From: an uncultured Opitutales bacterium
Lineage (GTDB): Bacteria; Verrucomicrobiota; Verrucomicrobiia; Opitutales; JABDGR01
Assembly (NCBI GenBank): GCA_964561455.1
Contig: CAZLPS010000001.1
Span: 48,977-112,976, forward strand
DNA: 64,000 bases
Reading direction: 5' to 3'
Part shown: in pieces, positions 8,214-17,557 of the stretch
How positions within the stretch are numbered: the first letter of the stretch is position 1
Layout: each line of letters begins with the position of its first letter
Program-made: the position numbers and the translations under genes
The notes under the pieces: model-generated
Told to the model about the DNA's origin: nothing
Database searches by the model: none
What the model saw: the letters and a program-made list of their open reading frames with translations, nothing else

Positions 8214-9584
8214 ATGAACATTTGCTGCATCGGCGCAGGTTACGTTGGCGGGCCCACCATGGCCATGATTGCCCACAAATGCCCCAAGATCAAAGTGACC
8301 GTCGTGGACTTGGATGCCCGGCGCATTGCGGCATGGAACCACGGGCCCCTGCCGGTCTTCGAGCCCGGCCTCGAGGAGGTCGTGCACCAGGCGCGCGGGC
8401 GCAATTTGTTTTTCTCGACCGACATTGACGAGGCGATTCGCGGGGCGCAGATGATTTTCATTTGCGTTAATACACCGACCAAAATGTATGGGGTCGGCGC
8501 GGGGAAGGCGTCCGACTTGCAATATGTCGAGGCCTGCGCCCGCCGCATTGCCGAGGTCGCGCGCGACGACAAGATTGTCGTCGAAAAATCCACGCTGCCG
8601 GTGCGCACGGCCGAAAGCGTTCGCGCCATTTTGCTGGCGCAGAAGGACGGTCCCAAGTTTCAAGTATTGTCGAATCCCGAATTCCTGGCCGAAGGCACGG
8701 CGGTGCGCGACATGGAGCATCCCGACCGGGTGCTGATTGGCGGCGATTTGACGGTGGAAGGGCAGGCGGCGGTGAATGCGCTTGTGGACATCTACGCGCA
8801 CTGGGTGCCAAAGGCGAAGATCCTGACCACCAATTTGTGGAGTTCTGAATTGTCGAAGCTGACGGCCAACGCGTTTCTTGCCCAGCGCATCAGCAGCATC
8901 AACGCGATTTCTGAGTTGTGCGAGGCTACCGGCGCGGACGTGGATGAGGTCGCCCACGCCATCGGCACAGACTCGCGCATCGGGCCGAAATTTTTGAAAG
9001 CCTCGGTCGGCTTCGGTGGCTCCTGTTTCCAAAAAGACATTTTGAATCTGGTGTATCTCTGCGAGCACTTCGGCCTGGCTGCGGTGGCGCGCTACTGGGA
9101 GCAGGTCGTAACGATGAACGACCACCAGAAGCAGCGCTTCACCAAGCGCATCGTGCGCTCCCTGTATAACACCGTGGCCAACAAGCGCCTCGCAGTGCTG
9201 GGATTTGCCTTCAAGAAGGACACCAACGATACCCGCGAATCCCCGGCGATTTACGTTTGCAAGGACTTGCTATCCGAGCGGGCGAAAGTGGCGATTTACG
9301 ACCCGCAAGTGACGCCGGAGCGGGTCTCGCTGGATTTGGGCATCAAGGATCTCGCCGCCGGCGGGGTTGAAGTCTGCCCCGATCCCTACGCCGCCGCCAA
9401 AGGCGCCCACGCGCTCATTATCTGCACGGAATGGGACGAATTCAAGAGCCTCGACTACGACCGCATTTACGAGGAGATGAACCATCCCGCCTTTGTTTTC
9501 GACGGCCGCAATATTCTCGACCTTGGAGCGTTGCGCAAGATCGGGTTTACGGCGAGCGGGATTGGGAAGAGTAGCGGGGTGTGA
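8214..9584 (+). CDS. ugd: UDP-glucose 6-dehydrogenase
   Basis: [47 protein letters not shown]. Confidence 0.95.
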   Translation: MNICCIGAGYVGGPTMAMIAHKCPKIKVTVVDLDARRIAAWNHGPLPVFEPGLEEVVHQARGRNLFFSTDIDEAIRGAQMIFICVNTPTKMYGVGAGKASDLQYVEACARRIAEVARDDKIVVEKSTLPVRTAESVRAILLAQKDGPKFQVLSNPEFLAEGTAVRDMEHPDRVLIGGDLTVEGQAAVNALVDIYAHWVPKAKILTTNLWSSELSKLTANAFLAQRISSINAISELCEATGADVDEVAHAIGTDSRIGPKFLKASVGFGGSCFQKDILNLVYLCEHFGLAAVARYWEQVVTMNDHQKQRFTKRIVRSLYNTVANKRLAVLGFAFKKDTNDTRESPAIYVCKDLLSERAKVAIYDPQVTPERVSLDLGIKDLAAGGVEVCPDPYAAAKGAHALIICTEWDEFKSLDYDRIYEEMNHPAFVFDGRNILDLGALRKIGFTASGIGKSSGV

Positions 9585-9691
9585 AGGCGTCTGGGTGACT
9601 GACCACCAGGATTTTTCCATCAGGGAGATTTCAGCGACGAGTTTTATGAACAAGTACTTGGAGATCCTTCGAACGTAGTGATGCTTTAGCC

Positions 9692-10165
9692 ATGATCCGG
9701 TTTTATCTTTTTTTGCTGGTGTGGGGACAATTTTGCGCTGGCTGCGCTTCTTACACAAATTCCACCCCACGGCAATATTTGGAGGGGGATGACGCCGGCA
9801 ATTACGAGCGGATATTGGGTGCCAAACCGCCGGAGAATGTGACGGTGGTTCATTCCGTGGTGGTGACTTATGCCTGGCGGCTGTTTGTGGTTACCACGGA
9901 TGATTTCGAGTTCGAGCTGCTGGTGCCGAAAGCGTGGATCGAAGCCCAAGTAAAATCCCATTACCTGTTTTCTCCCGGCCCGGGCCGGTCCGGAGACGAG
10001 TTTGACCGGCGGAAACAACATCCCATTCGCGATTGGTATGCGACAAAGAGCATTGATCATTATGTTTCCTATCGGGACCGAACCGATGTTGGATATGTGC
10101 ATCTGCTGGTCGAACAAACGCCCGAGGCGGACGGACGCTGGCGGGTGTTCATAAGCAAGCATTAG
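9692..10165 (+). CDS. Hypothetical lipoprotein
   Basis: Signal peptide with lipobox-like CAGC; no family recognised. Confidence 0.55.
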   Translation: MIRFYLFLLVWGQFCAGCASYTNSTPRQYLEGDDAGNYERILGAKPPENVTVVHSVVVTYAWRLFVVTTDDFEFELLVPKAWIEAQVKSHYLFSPGPGRSGDEFDRRKQHPIRDWYATKSIDHYVSYRDRTDVGYVHLLVEQTPEADGRWRVFISKH

Positions 10166-10273
10166 TCCATTGAATGACGTCAGGTTAGTGTCGGTTCCAA
10201 ACCAATACAATGAAGCCATGCAGATTTTGAAAAGCAGCATTTCGACTTGATTTTAGGGGCGATTCTCCATTAC

Positions 10274-10310
10274 TTGACATTTATTCAGGAACTGGACATT
10301 ATCCTGTCCA
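10274..10310 (+). promoter_or_regulatory. yefM-yoeB promoter with autoregulatory inverted repeat
   Basis: TTGACA(10274)-17nt-CATTAT(10297); inverted repeat TGGACA-N6-TGTCCA at 10293-10310 covers the -10. Confidence 0.7.
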
Positions 10311-10311
10311 T

Positions 10312-10575
10312 ATGAAGGCGATTACTTATACTGCAGCGCGTGAGGGTCTGGCATCGACCATGGATCGGGTGTGTGAGGACCATGATCCGGTAGTCATTAC
10401 GCGGAATCGCGACCAAGCGGTGGTCATGATGTCTTTGGAGGATTATGAGTCGCTCCAAGAGACAGCCTATCTGATGCGATCCCCCGCCAATGCGCGACGG
10501 CTGTTGAAGTCCATTCGCAACTCGAAAGAGGGAAAACTAATCATCAAGACCTTTGCGGATTTGGGGATTGAATGA
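10312..10575 (+). CDS. yefM: YefM/Phd family antitoxin
   Basis: MKAITYTAAREGLASTMDRVCEDHDPVVITR...VMMSLEDYESLQETAYLMRSPANARRL. Confidence 0.93.
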   Translation: MKAITYTAAREGLASTMDRVCEDHDPVVITRNRDQAVVMMSLEDYESLQETAYLMRSPANARRLLKSIRNSKEGKLIIKTFADLGIE

Positions 10576-10826
10576 ATACGTCGTTCACACCCGAGGCCTG
10601 GGAGGAGTACCTACATTGGCAACAAATGGACAAGAAGGTGCTGAAAAAGGTAAATGAATTATTGAAGGACATTGCCCGCCATCCCTTTGAAGGCATTGGC
10701 AAGCCGGAGCCACTAAAATTCGATTACGCTGGCCATTGGTCCAGACGAGTAACTGACAAGCATCGTTTAGTCTATCGAATTGAGGATGGTAATATCATTG
10801 TGGTGCAGCTTCGCTACCATTATTAA
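10572..10826 (+). CDS. yoeB: Txe/YoeB family toxin
   Basis: FTPEAWEEYLHWQ, PFEGIGKPEPLK, WSRRVTDKHRLVY, C-terminal RYHY; ATGA overlap with yefM. Confidence 0.95.
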   Translation: MNTSFTPEAWEEYLHWQQMDKKVLKKVNELLKDIARHPFEGIGKPEPLKFDYAGHWSRRVTDKHRLVYRIEDGNIIVVQLRYHY

Positions 10827-10848
10827 ACGTTAGCGAACGAATTTTTTC

Positions 10849-11817
10849 ATGAACATTGCCTTCATCACCGGAATCACAGGGCAGGACGGCTCGTATTTGT
10901 GCGAGCTACTGCTGGAGAAGGGCTATGAAGTGCATGGGCTGGTGCACCGGCCGGAGGGGCTGACCTCGGGCAATCTCGGCAAACTCGTCCAGGACGAGTC
11001 CATCAACAACAAGCGCATGTTTTTGCACACGGGGTCGTTTGAAGACACCACCCACCTGCGCCGCCTCATCATGCGGGCGAAGCCGACGGAATTTTACCAC
11101 CTCGCGGCGCAATCGAGCCCGCGACTCAGCCTCGAATTGCCCGAAACCACGATGGAGAGCGTCGGCATGGCGACCGTGCGTCTGCTGGAAATTTTGCGCG
11201 ATTTGGACAATCCGCCCAAATTCCTCTATGCGTCCTCGTCGGAGATTTTTGGCGAGCCGCTGGGGCTGCCGCAAGATGAGATGACGCCCATGCAGCCCTC
11301 GACCCCCTACGGCGTGGCCAAGGCGCTCTCGACGCAAATGGCGAAAATCTACCGCTCGGCCTACGGACTGAATACTTGCGCGGCCATCCTTTACAACCAC
11401 GAGTCGCCACGGCGCAGCGGACAGTTTGTGACCATGAAAGTGGCCCGCGCGGCCGCCCGCATCCGCCGGGGCCAGCAAAAGACCTTGCAACTGGGGAACC
11501 TGACCGGCCAGCGTGACTGGGGTTGGGCGCCGGATTATGTGCGCGGGTTCTGGATGATGCTCCAGCAAGATAAAGTGGATGATTTTGTGCTGGCGACGGG
11601 AAAATTGCACAGCGTGGAGCAGTTTGTGGCCCGGGCCTTTGCGGTGGTGGGCATGGATTGGCATGATTTTGTGGAGCTCGACCCCAAATTGAAAACTGCA
11701 GTCGAACCCGCCCGGCTGTGCGGCAATCCGGAAAAGGCCAAACGCCTGCTCGGCTGGGAAAACACGGTCCCCTTTGACACGATGGTCGAACGTCTGGTCG
11801 TGTCGCAGTTGAATTAA
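10849..11817 (+). CDS. Divergent GDP-mannose 4,6-dehydratase-family SDR (Gmd paralog or Rmd-like reductase)
   Basis: [34 protein letters not shown] kept; RRSS and QSHV motifs replaced by HRPE and QSSP. Confidence 0.8.
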   Translation: MNIAFITGITGQDGSYLCELLLEKGYEVHGLVHRPEGLTSGNLGKLVQDESINNKRMFLHTGSFEDTTHLRRLIMRAKPTEFYHLAAQSSPRLSLELPETTMESVGMATVRLLEILRDLDNPPKFLYASSSEIFGEPLGLPQDEMTPMQPSTPYGVAKALSTQMAKIYRSAYGLNTCAAILYNHESPRRSGQFVTMKVARAAARIRRGQQKTLQLGNLTGQRDWGWAPDYVRGFWMMLQQDKVDDFVLATGKLHSVEQFVARAFAVVGMDWHDFVELDPKLKTAVEPARLCGNPEKAKRLLGWENTVPFDTMVERLVVSQLN

Positions 11818-11829
11818 AGTCGGTATTGA

Positions 11830-11944
11830 AACACGGAGGGCGCGGAGAGCACGGAGGAAATTTATAATCCAAGCCCATTTTATAGCTCTTGCCGCTACCC
11901 GTTCAAAATATATCTTTCTCCGTGTCCTCCGTATTCTCCGTGGT
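11830..11944. repeat. Inverted pair of 9-nt-period triplet repeats between the two gmd genes
   Basis: 11830-11856 AACACGGAG GGCGCGGAG AGCACGGAG vs reverse complement of 11918-11944 ACCACGGAG AATACGGAG GACACGGAG (20/27), 61-nt AT-rich spacer. Confidence 0.8.
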
Positions 11945-11962
11945 TAACCTCTTCTTCTCCCT

Positions 11963-12970
11963 ATGAAACGTGCTCTGATTACCGGCATCACCGGTCAGGA
12001 TGGTTCCTATCTCGCCGAGCTCCTGCTCGAAAAAGGCTACGAGGTTCACGGCATCGTGCGCCGCAGTAGCAGTCTCAATCGCGGCCGCATTGACCACCTG
12101 CGCCCCTGGGAAACCGGCAAGAAGCAAAAGTTGTTTCTGCATTACGGGGATTTGGCGGACAGCGTGTCCCTCGTCAAGTTGCTCTACGAACTCAAGCCGG
12201 ATGAGATTTACAACCTCGCCGCACAGAGCCATGTCCGCGTGAGCTTCGACATTCCGGAATACACCCTCGACGTCACCGGGGCCGGCGCCGGGCGCATCAT
12301 GGAAGCCATTCGCGAGAGCGGCCTGGCGAAGAAAGTCCGCTTTTACCAGGCGTCTTCCTCGGAAATGTTCGGCAAGGTGCAGGAAGTACCGCAGACGGAA
12401 ACCACGCCGCTGTACCCACGCTCGCCGTATGCCTGTGCGAAGGTGATGGCCCACTACCTGACGATCAACTACCGCGAGTCGTACAATCTTTTTGCCTGCA
12501 GCGGCATTTTGTTCAACCACGAAAGCCCGCGACGTGGTGAATCCTTCGTCACCCGCAAAATCACGCTGGCGGCGGCGCGCATCAAGTTGGGCCTCCAGAA
12601 AAAGCTGGTCCTCGGCAATATTGATTCCAAACGCGACTGGGGTTTTGCCAAGGAATATGTCGAAGGTATGTGGCGGATGTTGCAACAGGATAAACCCGAC
12701 GATTACGTGCTCGCCACCAACGAAACGCACACGGTGAAGGATTTTCTCTCCGCCACGTTCGGCGCGCTCGACATGGATTGGAAGGAGCACGTGGCGTTCG
12801 ACCCCCGCTTCCTGCGCCCGGCCGAAGTGGACCTCCTCATCGGCGACTATCGCAAGGCGAAGAAAAAACTCGGGTGGGAACCAAAGACGCGCATGGCCGG
12901 TTTGGCGAAATTGATGGTGGAGCACGATTTCGAGCTGGCCAAGCACGAAGCCCGGGCCGCTCAGATTTAA
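11963..12970 (+). CDS. gmd: GDP-mannose 4,6-dehydratase
   Basis: [60 protein letters not shown]. Confidence 0.96.
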   Translation: MKRALITGITGQDGSYLAELLLEKGYEVHGIVRRSSSLNRGRIDHLRPWETGKKQKLFLHYGDLADSVSLVKLLYELKPDEIYNLAAQSHVRVSFDIPEYTLDVTGAGAGRIMEAIRESGLAKKVRFYQASSSEMFGKVQEVPQTETTPLYPRSPYACAKVMAHYLTINYRESYNLFACSGILFNHESPRRGESFVTRKITLAAARIKLGLQKKLVLGNIDSKRDWGFAKEYVEGMWRMLQQDKPDDYVLATNETHTVKDFLSATFGALDMDWKEHVAFDPRFLRPAEVDLLIGDYRKAKKKLGWEPKTRMAGLAKLMVEHDFELAKHEARAAQI

Positions 12971-12972
12971 CC

Positions 12973-13734
12973 ATGTCCATGAACGTCTCGGTGGTGATTC
13001 CCGCGCGGCTGGCCTCGACCAGGCTGCCGCGCAAGGTGCTGGCTGATTTGGGCGGCAAACCCGTCCTGCGGCATGTTTGGGAGCGCGTGGCACGCATGAA
13101 GCGGGCGACCGAAATATTAGTCGCCACTGATAGCGAGGAAGTGGCGACCGTCGTCGCGGAGTGGGGTGGGCAGTTTGTCATGACTTCACCGGACTGCCGC
13201 AGCGGCACTGAGCGCATTGCCTCGATCCTCGACGGTTTGAAAGGCCAATTCATCTTGAACGTGCAGGGCGACGAGCCGTTTATTGATCCAGTTTTGCTCG
13301 ACGCGCTGGTGGAGCGCTTTGCCAATTTCGGTGGTGACGTCGTCACCCCGGTGTATCCCATCCGTGAATGGGCGACGCTGGTGAACCCGGCCGTGGTCAA
13401 AGTCGTTCGCGGCACCGACGGGCGCGCGTGGTATTTTTCCCGTTCACCCATTCCCCACCTGCGCGGCGTGCCCGTTGAACAATGGCCGGCGCGGGGATTG
13501 CACTGGGGCCATTTGGGCGTGTACGGCTACGCCCGTTCGAAACTGGCGGTGTACGCCAAACTGGTGGAAAGCCCGCTCGAAGGGATCGAGGCGCTCGAAC
13601 AACTGCGATTTCTGGAAGCCGGCTGGCGCATTCAGACGGTCGAAACCGATTATCATGCGGTCGCGATTGACACGCCGGAGGACTTGATTCGCGCCCGCTC
13701 CCTGCTCGCCCCTCCCGCCACCATTTGCCCATGA
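12973..13734 (+). CDS. kdsB: 3-deoxy-manno-octulosonate cytidylyltransferase (CMP-Kdo synthetase)
   Basis: VIPARLASTRLPRK, SGTERI, NVQGDEP, YFSRSPIP, EALEQLRFL. Confidence 0.93.
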   Translation: MSMNVSVVIPARLASTRLPRKVLADLGGKPVLRHVWERVARMKRATEILVATDSEEVATVVAEWGGQFVMTSPDCRSGTERIASILDGLKGQFILNVQGDEPFIDPVLLDALVERFANFGGDVVTPVYPIREWATLVNPAVVKVVRGTDGRAWYFSRSPIPHLRGVPVEQWPARGLHWGHLGVYGYARSKLAVYAKLVESPLEGIEALEQLRFLEAGWRIQTVETDYHAVAIDTPEDLIRARSLLAPPATICP

Positions 13735-14720
13735 ACAAGAAATCCACCCCTTCCGCCCGACTTTCCGCGCTGGTAACCGGGCGCAACGTCCTGGTTGCTG
13801 AGTCCAAGGCGCTGAAAATCGCCGCCGCCGGCCTCGACGAAAACTTCTCCCGTGTGGCTGCGTTGATCCGCGTGGCAACCGGCAAGGTTGTCGTCGCGGG
13901 CTTGGGCAAATCCGGCTTGGTGGCGCAATCCATCGCCGCCACCTTGTGCAGTCTCGGCACCCCGGCCGTTTTTATGCACGCGGGTGAGGCGGCGCACGGG
14001 GACATTGGAGTCGTGCAAAACGGCGACGTCGTCATTTTCGTATCCAAAAGCGGTGCCACGCCGGAATTGATTCGGCTTTGTGCCCCCGTGCGGGCGCTTG
14101 GCGCAAAATTGGTGGCCCTCACGGGCAATCTCCGTTCCCCGCTGGCCGGCGAAGCCGATGCGCTGCTGGCCGCAGTGGTGGATCGCGAAGCCGACCCCTT
14201 GGACTTGGCGCCGACCAGCAGCGCCGTGGTCGCGCTGGCCCTGGGCCACGCCCTGGCCGTCGCCCTCGCGCAGGCCCGCGGGTTTACCGAGGAGGATTTT
14301 GCGCGGACCCATCCGTCGGGCCAATTGGGCCGCAACCTTTCTCTGCGCGTGGCCGATGTCATGCATGCTTTGACGGAAATTTCCGTAATGGCACCGGGCG
14401 ACAAGATGCGCGATGTGGTGGTTGCCATGACTCGTCGGCCCCACGGCGCCGCCTGCGTGGTGGACAAACGCGGAATCCTCGCTGGCATCATCACGGACGG
14501 CGACATTCGCCGGGCCCTGCAAAAGCACGATGACATCCGCCCGATGACGGCCGCGGATGTGATGACCGCAAATCCGGTGCGCGTCACCCCGGAAACTTTG
14601 CTGGGTGACGCCCTGCGGCTGATGGAAGACCGTCCCTCCCAGATTTCAGTTTTGCCGGTGGCAGACACCGGCGGCCACTGCCTCGGCCTCTTGCGGCTGC
14701 ATGATATTTACCAGCACTAG
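13731..14720 (+). CDS. kdsD: Arabinose-5-phosphate isomerase (SIS + CBS)
   Basis: GLGKSG, EAAHGDIG, SKSG, APTSS, HPSGQLG, two CBS domains; ATGA overlap with kdsB. Confidence 0.92.
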   Translation: MNKKSTPSARLSALVTGRNVLVAESKALKIAAAGLDENFSRVAALIRVATGKVVVAGLGKSGLVAQSIAATLCSLGTPAVFMHAGEAAHGDIGVVQNGDVVIFVSKSGATPELIRLCAPVRALGAKLVALTGNLRSPLAGEADALLAAVVDREADPLDLAPTSSAVVALALGHALAVALAQARGFTEEDFARTHPSGQLGRNLSLRVADVMHALTEISVMAPGDKMRDVVVAMTRRPHGAACVVDKRGILAGIITDGDIRRALQKHDDIRPMTAADVMTANPVRVTPETLLGDALRLMEDRPSQISVLPVADTGGHCLGLLRLHDIYQH

Positions 14721-14724
14721 TTCG

Positions 14725-16290
14725 ATGCCCGCCGCGCGCGATTCAGCAGTCACACCCACTTTGCGGGGGCAATTCCCCACGCGACCGGCGGAAGTTACGC
14801 CGCCGAGTCGGCGCGAAAATATTGTCCTGGTGCTGGTGGGCGTGGCTGTGCTATTGCCACCCTGGTTGGTGGGCGCGTGGGAAAACTGGGCGCAATGGGC
14901 AACGGCAGTTTTCGCGTTGCTCGCATTTGCGGCGTTATTTGCGCCGACGTTTGATTTGCGCGGATGGCCGCCATCGCGGCCGGCGCAGGAAAATTTGCGG
15001 CGATTGGCAGGATTTCCAATTTTTTGGCTCGGTTTGGCGATCATGGCCTACGGAATGGTGGCCGCTTTGAATCCGGGGCGGGTTCTAATGGTCTCAAACG
15101 GACGGCAATGGTTGGAGGTGATTCCGCACCTGTCTTGGCTGCCCCAGAGCATCACCGCCCCCTTTTGGCCCATGAATGCCTGGCACGCCCTCCTGGTTAT
15201 TGTGCCGGCCTGGCTGGTCACGTGTGCGGCGTGGATCGGCCTCGAGACGGAGCGCGCCTGGCGCTGGCTGGTGGGGGCGGTGGCGGTCAACGGCCTGCTG
15301 CTGGCACTGTTGGGCATGGCCCAACGCTTGAGTGGAACCCATGGAATTTTCTGGATCTACAATCCACGGCCTGACTATGCGGAGGCGGTGTTTTTTGGCC
15401 CGTTCTTTTATCCGGGCCATGCTGCGGCGTGGATGGTGCTGGCATTTGGCGCGGCGGTGGCGATGCTGGATTTCCACTTGCGCCGGCGCGATCCTCTGCA
15501 ACCGCCCAGCCGGTGGGGGTGGCCGATGAAGCGGGCCTCGATCTGGCTGGCCGCGCTGGTGGCGATTATTTTTGCCCTAAGCCTGTTTGTAAAACCGGAT
15601 TTTTGGGTGTTCGCGGCGGGCGGCCTGATTATTATCGCGGCGGTTTTGTGGTTGGCGCGTTTGTGGCAGGCCGGGCAGAAGCGCCGGGCCGCCTTGTACG
15701 CCTTGCCCGCATTGGTGTTCTTGGCCGTGTTGCTCGTCGGAATCGGTGTGGCCACTTGGTGGTGGCGGCAGGGCGGGGGCGGCGCCTCGCTGGAGGTCAA
15801 TCCCCACGACCCCGGCCTGCCCGTGCGCTATGCCATTGCCCGAACTTCGGCAGCCATGATCAAAGATGAACCGGTGCTGGGTTGGGGACCAGGCAGTTTC
15901 CGTTACGTGTCCCCGTTTTATTTGCGGAAGAATCCGTTCTTCACCGACCCGGCCCATCCGGAAAATCTGCTTTACACCGCGCACTACGCATTGAGTGACT
16001 GGGTGCAAATCCCAGCCGAATGGGGTGCCGTGGGGGCCAGTTTGTTTGCCGCAATTCCCGCTTGGTGGGCGTGGCGGGCGTGGCGGCTGCGCCGGGTGCT
16101 GCCGGGTGAATCCTGGATAATTTTAGGCGCGGTTGCCCTGGTCTTTTTGGGCGCCATTGCCGATTATCCGCTCTACAATCCCGCCGTGCTGGTGGCGTTG
16201 GGCCTGTTACTCGCCGCCGCAGTTAAAGTGGGTGAATTTGCCGGGCGGCCCCGGCCAACCCTGAGTAACGTGTTTATCGCCTGCCCATGA
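14725..16290 (+). CDS. O-antigen ligase/Wzy-like membrane protein
   Basis: Many TM segments, GPFFYPGH, PVLGWGPGSF, late AH...SDWVQ...EWG motif typical of Wzy_C. Confidence 0.75.
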   Translation: MPAARDSAVTPTLRGQFPTRPAEVTPPSRRENIVLVLVGVAVLLPPWLVGAWENWAQWATAVFALLAFAALFAPTFDLRGWPPSRPAQENLRRLAGFPIFWLGLAIMAYGMVAALNPGRVLMVSNGRQWLEVIPHLSWLPQSITAPFWPMNAWHALLVIVPAWLVTCAAWIGLETERAWRWLVGAVAVNGLLLALLGMAQRLSGTHGIFWIYNPRPDYAEAVFFGPFFYPGHAAAWMVLAFGAAVAMLDFHLRRRDPLQPPSRWGWPMKRASIWLAALVAIIFALSLFVKPDFWVFAAGGLIIIAAVLWLARLWQAGQKRRAALYALPALVFLAVLLVGIGVATWWWRQGGGGASLEVNPHDPGLPVRYAIARTSAAMIKDEPVLGWGPGSFRYVSPFYLRKNPFFTDPAHPENLLYTAHYALSDWVQIPAEWGAVGASLFAAIPAWWAWRAWRLRRVLPGESWIILGAVALVFLGAIADYPLYNPAVLVALGLLLAAAVKVGEFAGRPRPTLSNVFIACP

Positions 16291-17546
16291 AAATCGCCAT
16301 TGTTGGCATGGGATATGTCGGACTGCCGCTGGCTTTGCGGTTTGTGCGCGCCGGTGCATCCGTTTTGGGTGTGGATGTGGACGCCGCCAAGTGCGCCGCG
16401 CTCAATTCCGGGCAAAGTTATATCAAGCACGTTTCTGCCGCCACGGTGGCCCAGGCGCGGGGCGCCGCCCTGCTTGAAGCCACGGCGGATTTCTCCCGAA
16501 TCCGCGAGGTCGAGGCGATTTTGCTCTGCGTCCCCACGCCACTCACGGCGCAGCGCGAGCCCGACATGACCTACGTTTTTGGCACCGGCGAAAGCGTCGC
16601 GCCGCATCTGCGCAAGGGCCAGCTCGTCGTTTTGGAATCCACCACTTATCCCGGCACCACCGATACAGACTTGCGCGCGATTTTGGAGCGCGGCTCGGGC
16701 CTCGTGGCCGGCCGCGATTTCCACCTGGCCTTTTCACCCGAACGCGAAGATCCGGGCAACGGCTTACTCGACGCCCAAAAGATTCCCAAAATCGTGGGCG
16801 GCCTGACCCCGGCCTGCCGGGACCGCGCGGTGGCTTGTTATTCCCTGGCCGTGGAGAGCATCGTTCCAGTCTCGTCGTGCCGGGTGGCGGAAGCGGCAAA
16901 ATTGCTGGAAAACATTTTCCGATCCGTGAATATCGCCCTGGTGAACGAGTTGAAAATGGTTTACACGGCCATGGGCATTGACATCTGGGAGGTCATTGCC
17001 GCAGCGAAAACGAAGCCGTTTGGTTTCATGCCCTTTTATCCGGGGCCGGGCTTGGGCGGGCATTGCATCCCCATTGACCCGTTTTATCTCACGTGGAAGG
17101 CGCGCGAATTCGGCCAGCACACCCGGTTTATCGAACTGGCGGGCGAAGTGAACTCCGCCATGCCCGCCTATGTGGTGGAACGCGCCGCCACCGTGCTGGG
17201 TCGGCCCTTGGCGGGCGCACGCATTTTGCTCCTTGGGCTGGCGTACAAGGCGGATGTGGATGACGATCGCGAATCGCCGGCATATGCGCTGATGGAGATG
17301 TTCGAGGCGCGCGGCGCCGACGTGGCGTACCACGATCCTCATGTACCGGTCATCCGCCCCACGCGGGAGCATCCGCAATTTGCCGGGCGCCAGTCCCAGT
17401 CCCTGGTCCCTACCGGGCGCGACCTGGCCGTGCTGGTGACGGCGCACCAGGAATATCGCACGTTTGATTTTTCCGCATGGCCGATTCCCTTCGTGGACAC
17501 GCGGAATTGCGCCACGCGCCGTCCGGTGCAATACTTCCAAGCCTGA
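16287..17546 (+). CDS. Nucleotide-sugar 6-dehydrogenase, WbpA/TviB-like (UDP-HexNAc)
   Basis: GMGYVGLP, CVPTP, FSPEREDPGN, KLLENIFRSVNIA, GGHCIPIDP, DDRESP. Confidence 0.88.
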   Translation: MKIAIVGMGYVGLPLALRFVRAGASVLGVDVDAAKCAALNSGQSYIKHVSAATVAQARGAALLEATADFSRIREVEAILLCVPTPLTAQREPDMTYVFGTGESVAPHLRKGQLVVLESTTYPGTTDTDLRAILERGSGLVAGRDFHLAFSPEREDPGNGLLDAQKIPKIVGGLTPACRDRAVACYSLAVESIVPVSSCRVAEAAKLLENIFRSVNIALVNELKMVYTAMGIDIWEVIAAAKTKPFGFMPFYPGPGLGGHCIPIDPFYLTWKAREFGQHTRFIELAGEVNSAMPAYVVERAATVLGRPLAGARILLLGLAYKADVDDDRESPAYALMEMFEARGADVAYHDPHVPVIRPTREHPQFAGRQSQSLVPTGRDLAVLVTAHQEYRTFDFSAWPIPFVDTRNCATRRPVQYFQA

Positions 17547-17557
17547 CCTGGATTTTT

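Noticed and set aside
9585-9691. Possible gene remnant after ugd
   Set aside because: Frames are too short and match nothing I recognise
992-11944. Short repeats as a CRISPR array or IS terminal repeats
   Set aside because: No regularly spaced 23-47-nt repeats with unique spacers, no cas or transposase gene, no target-site duplications seen
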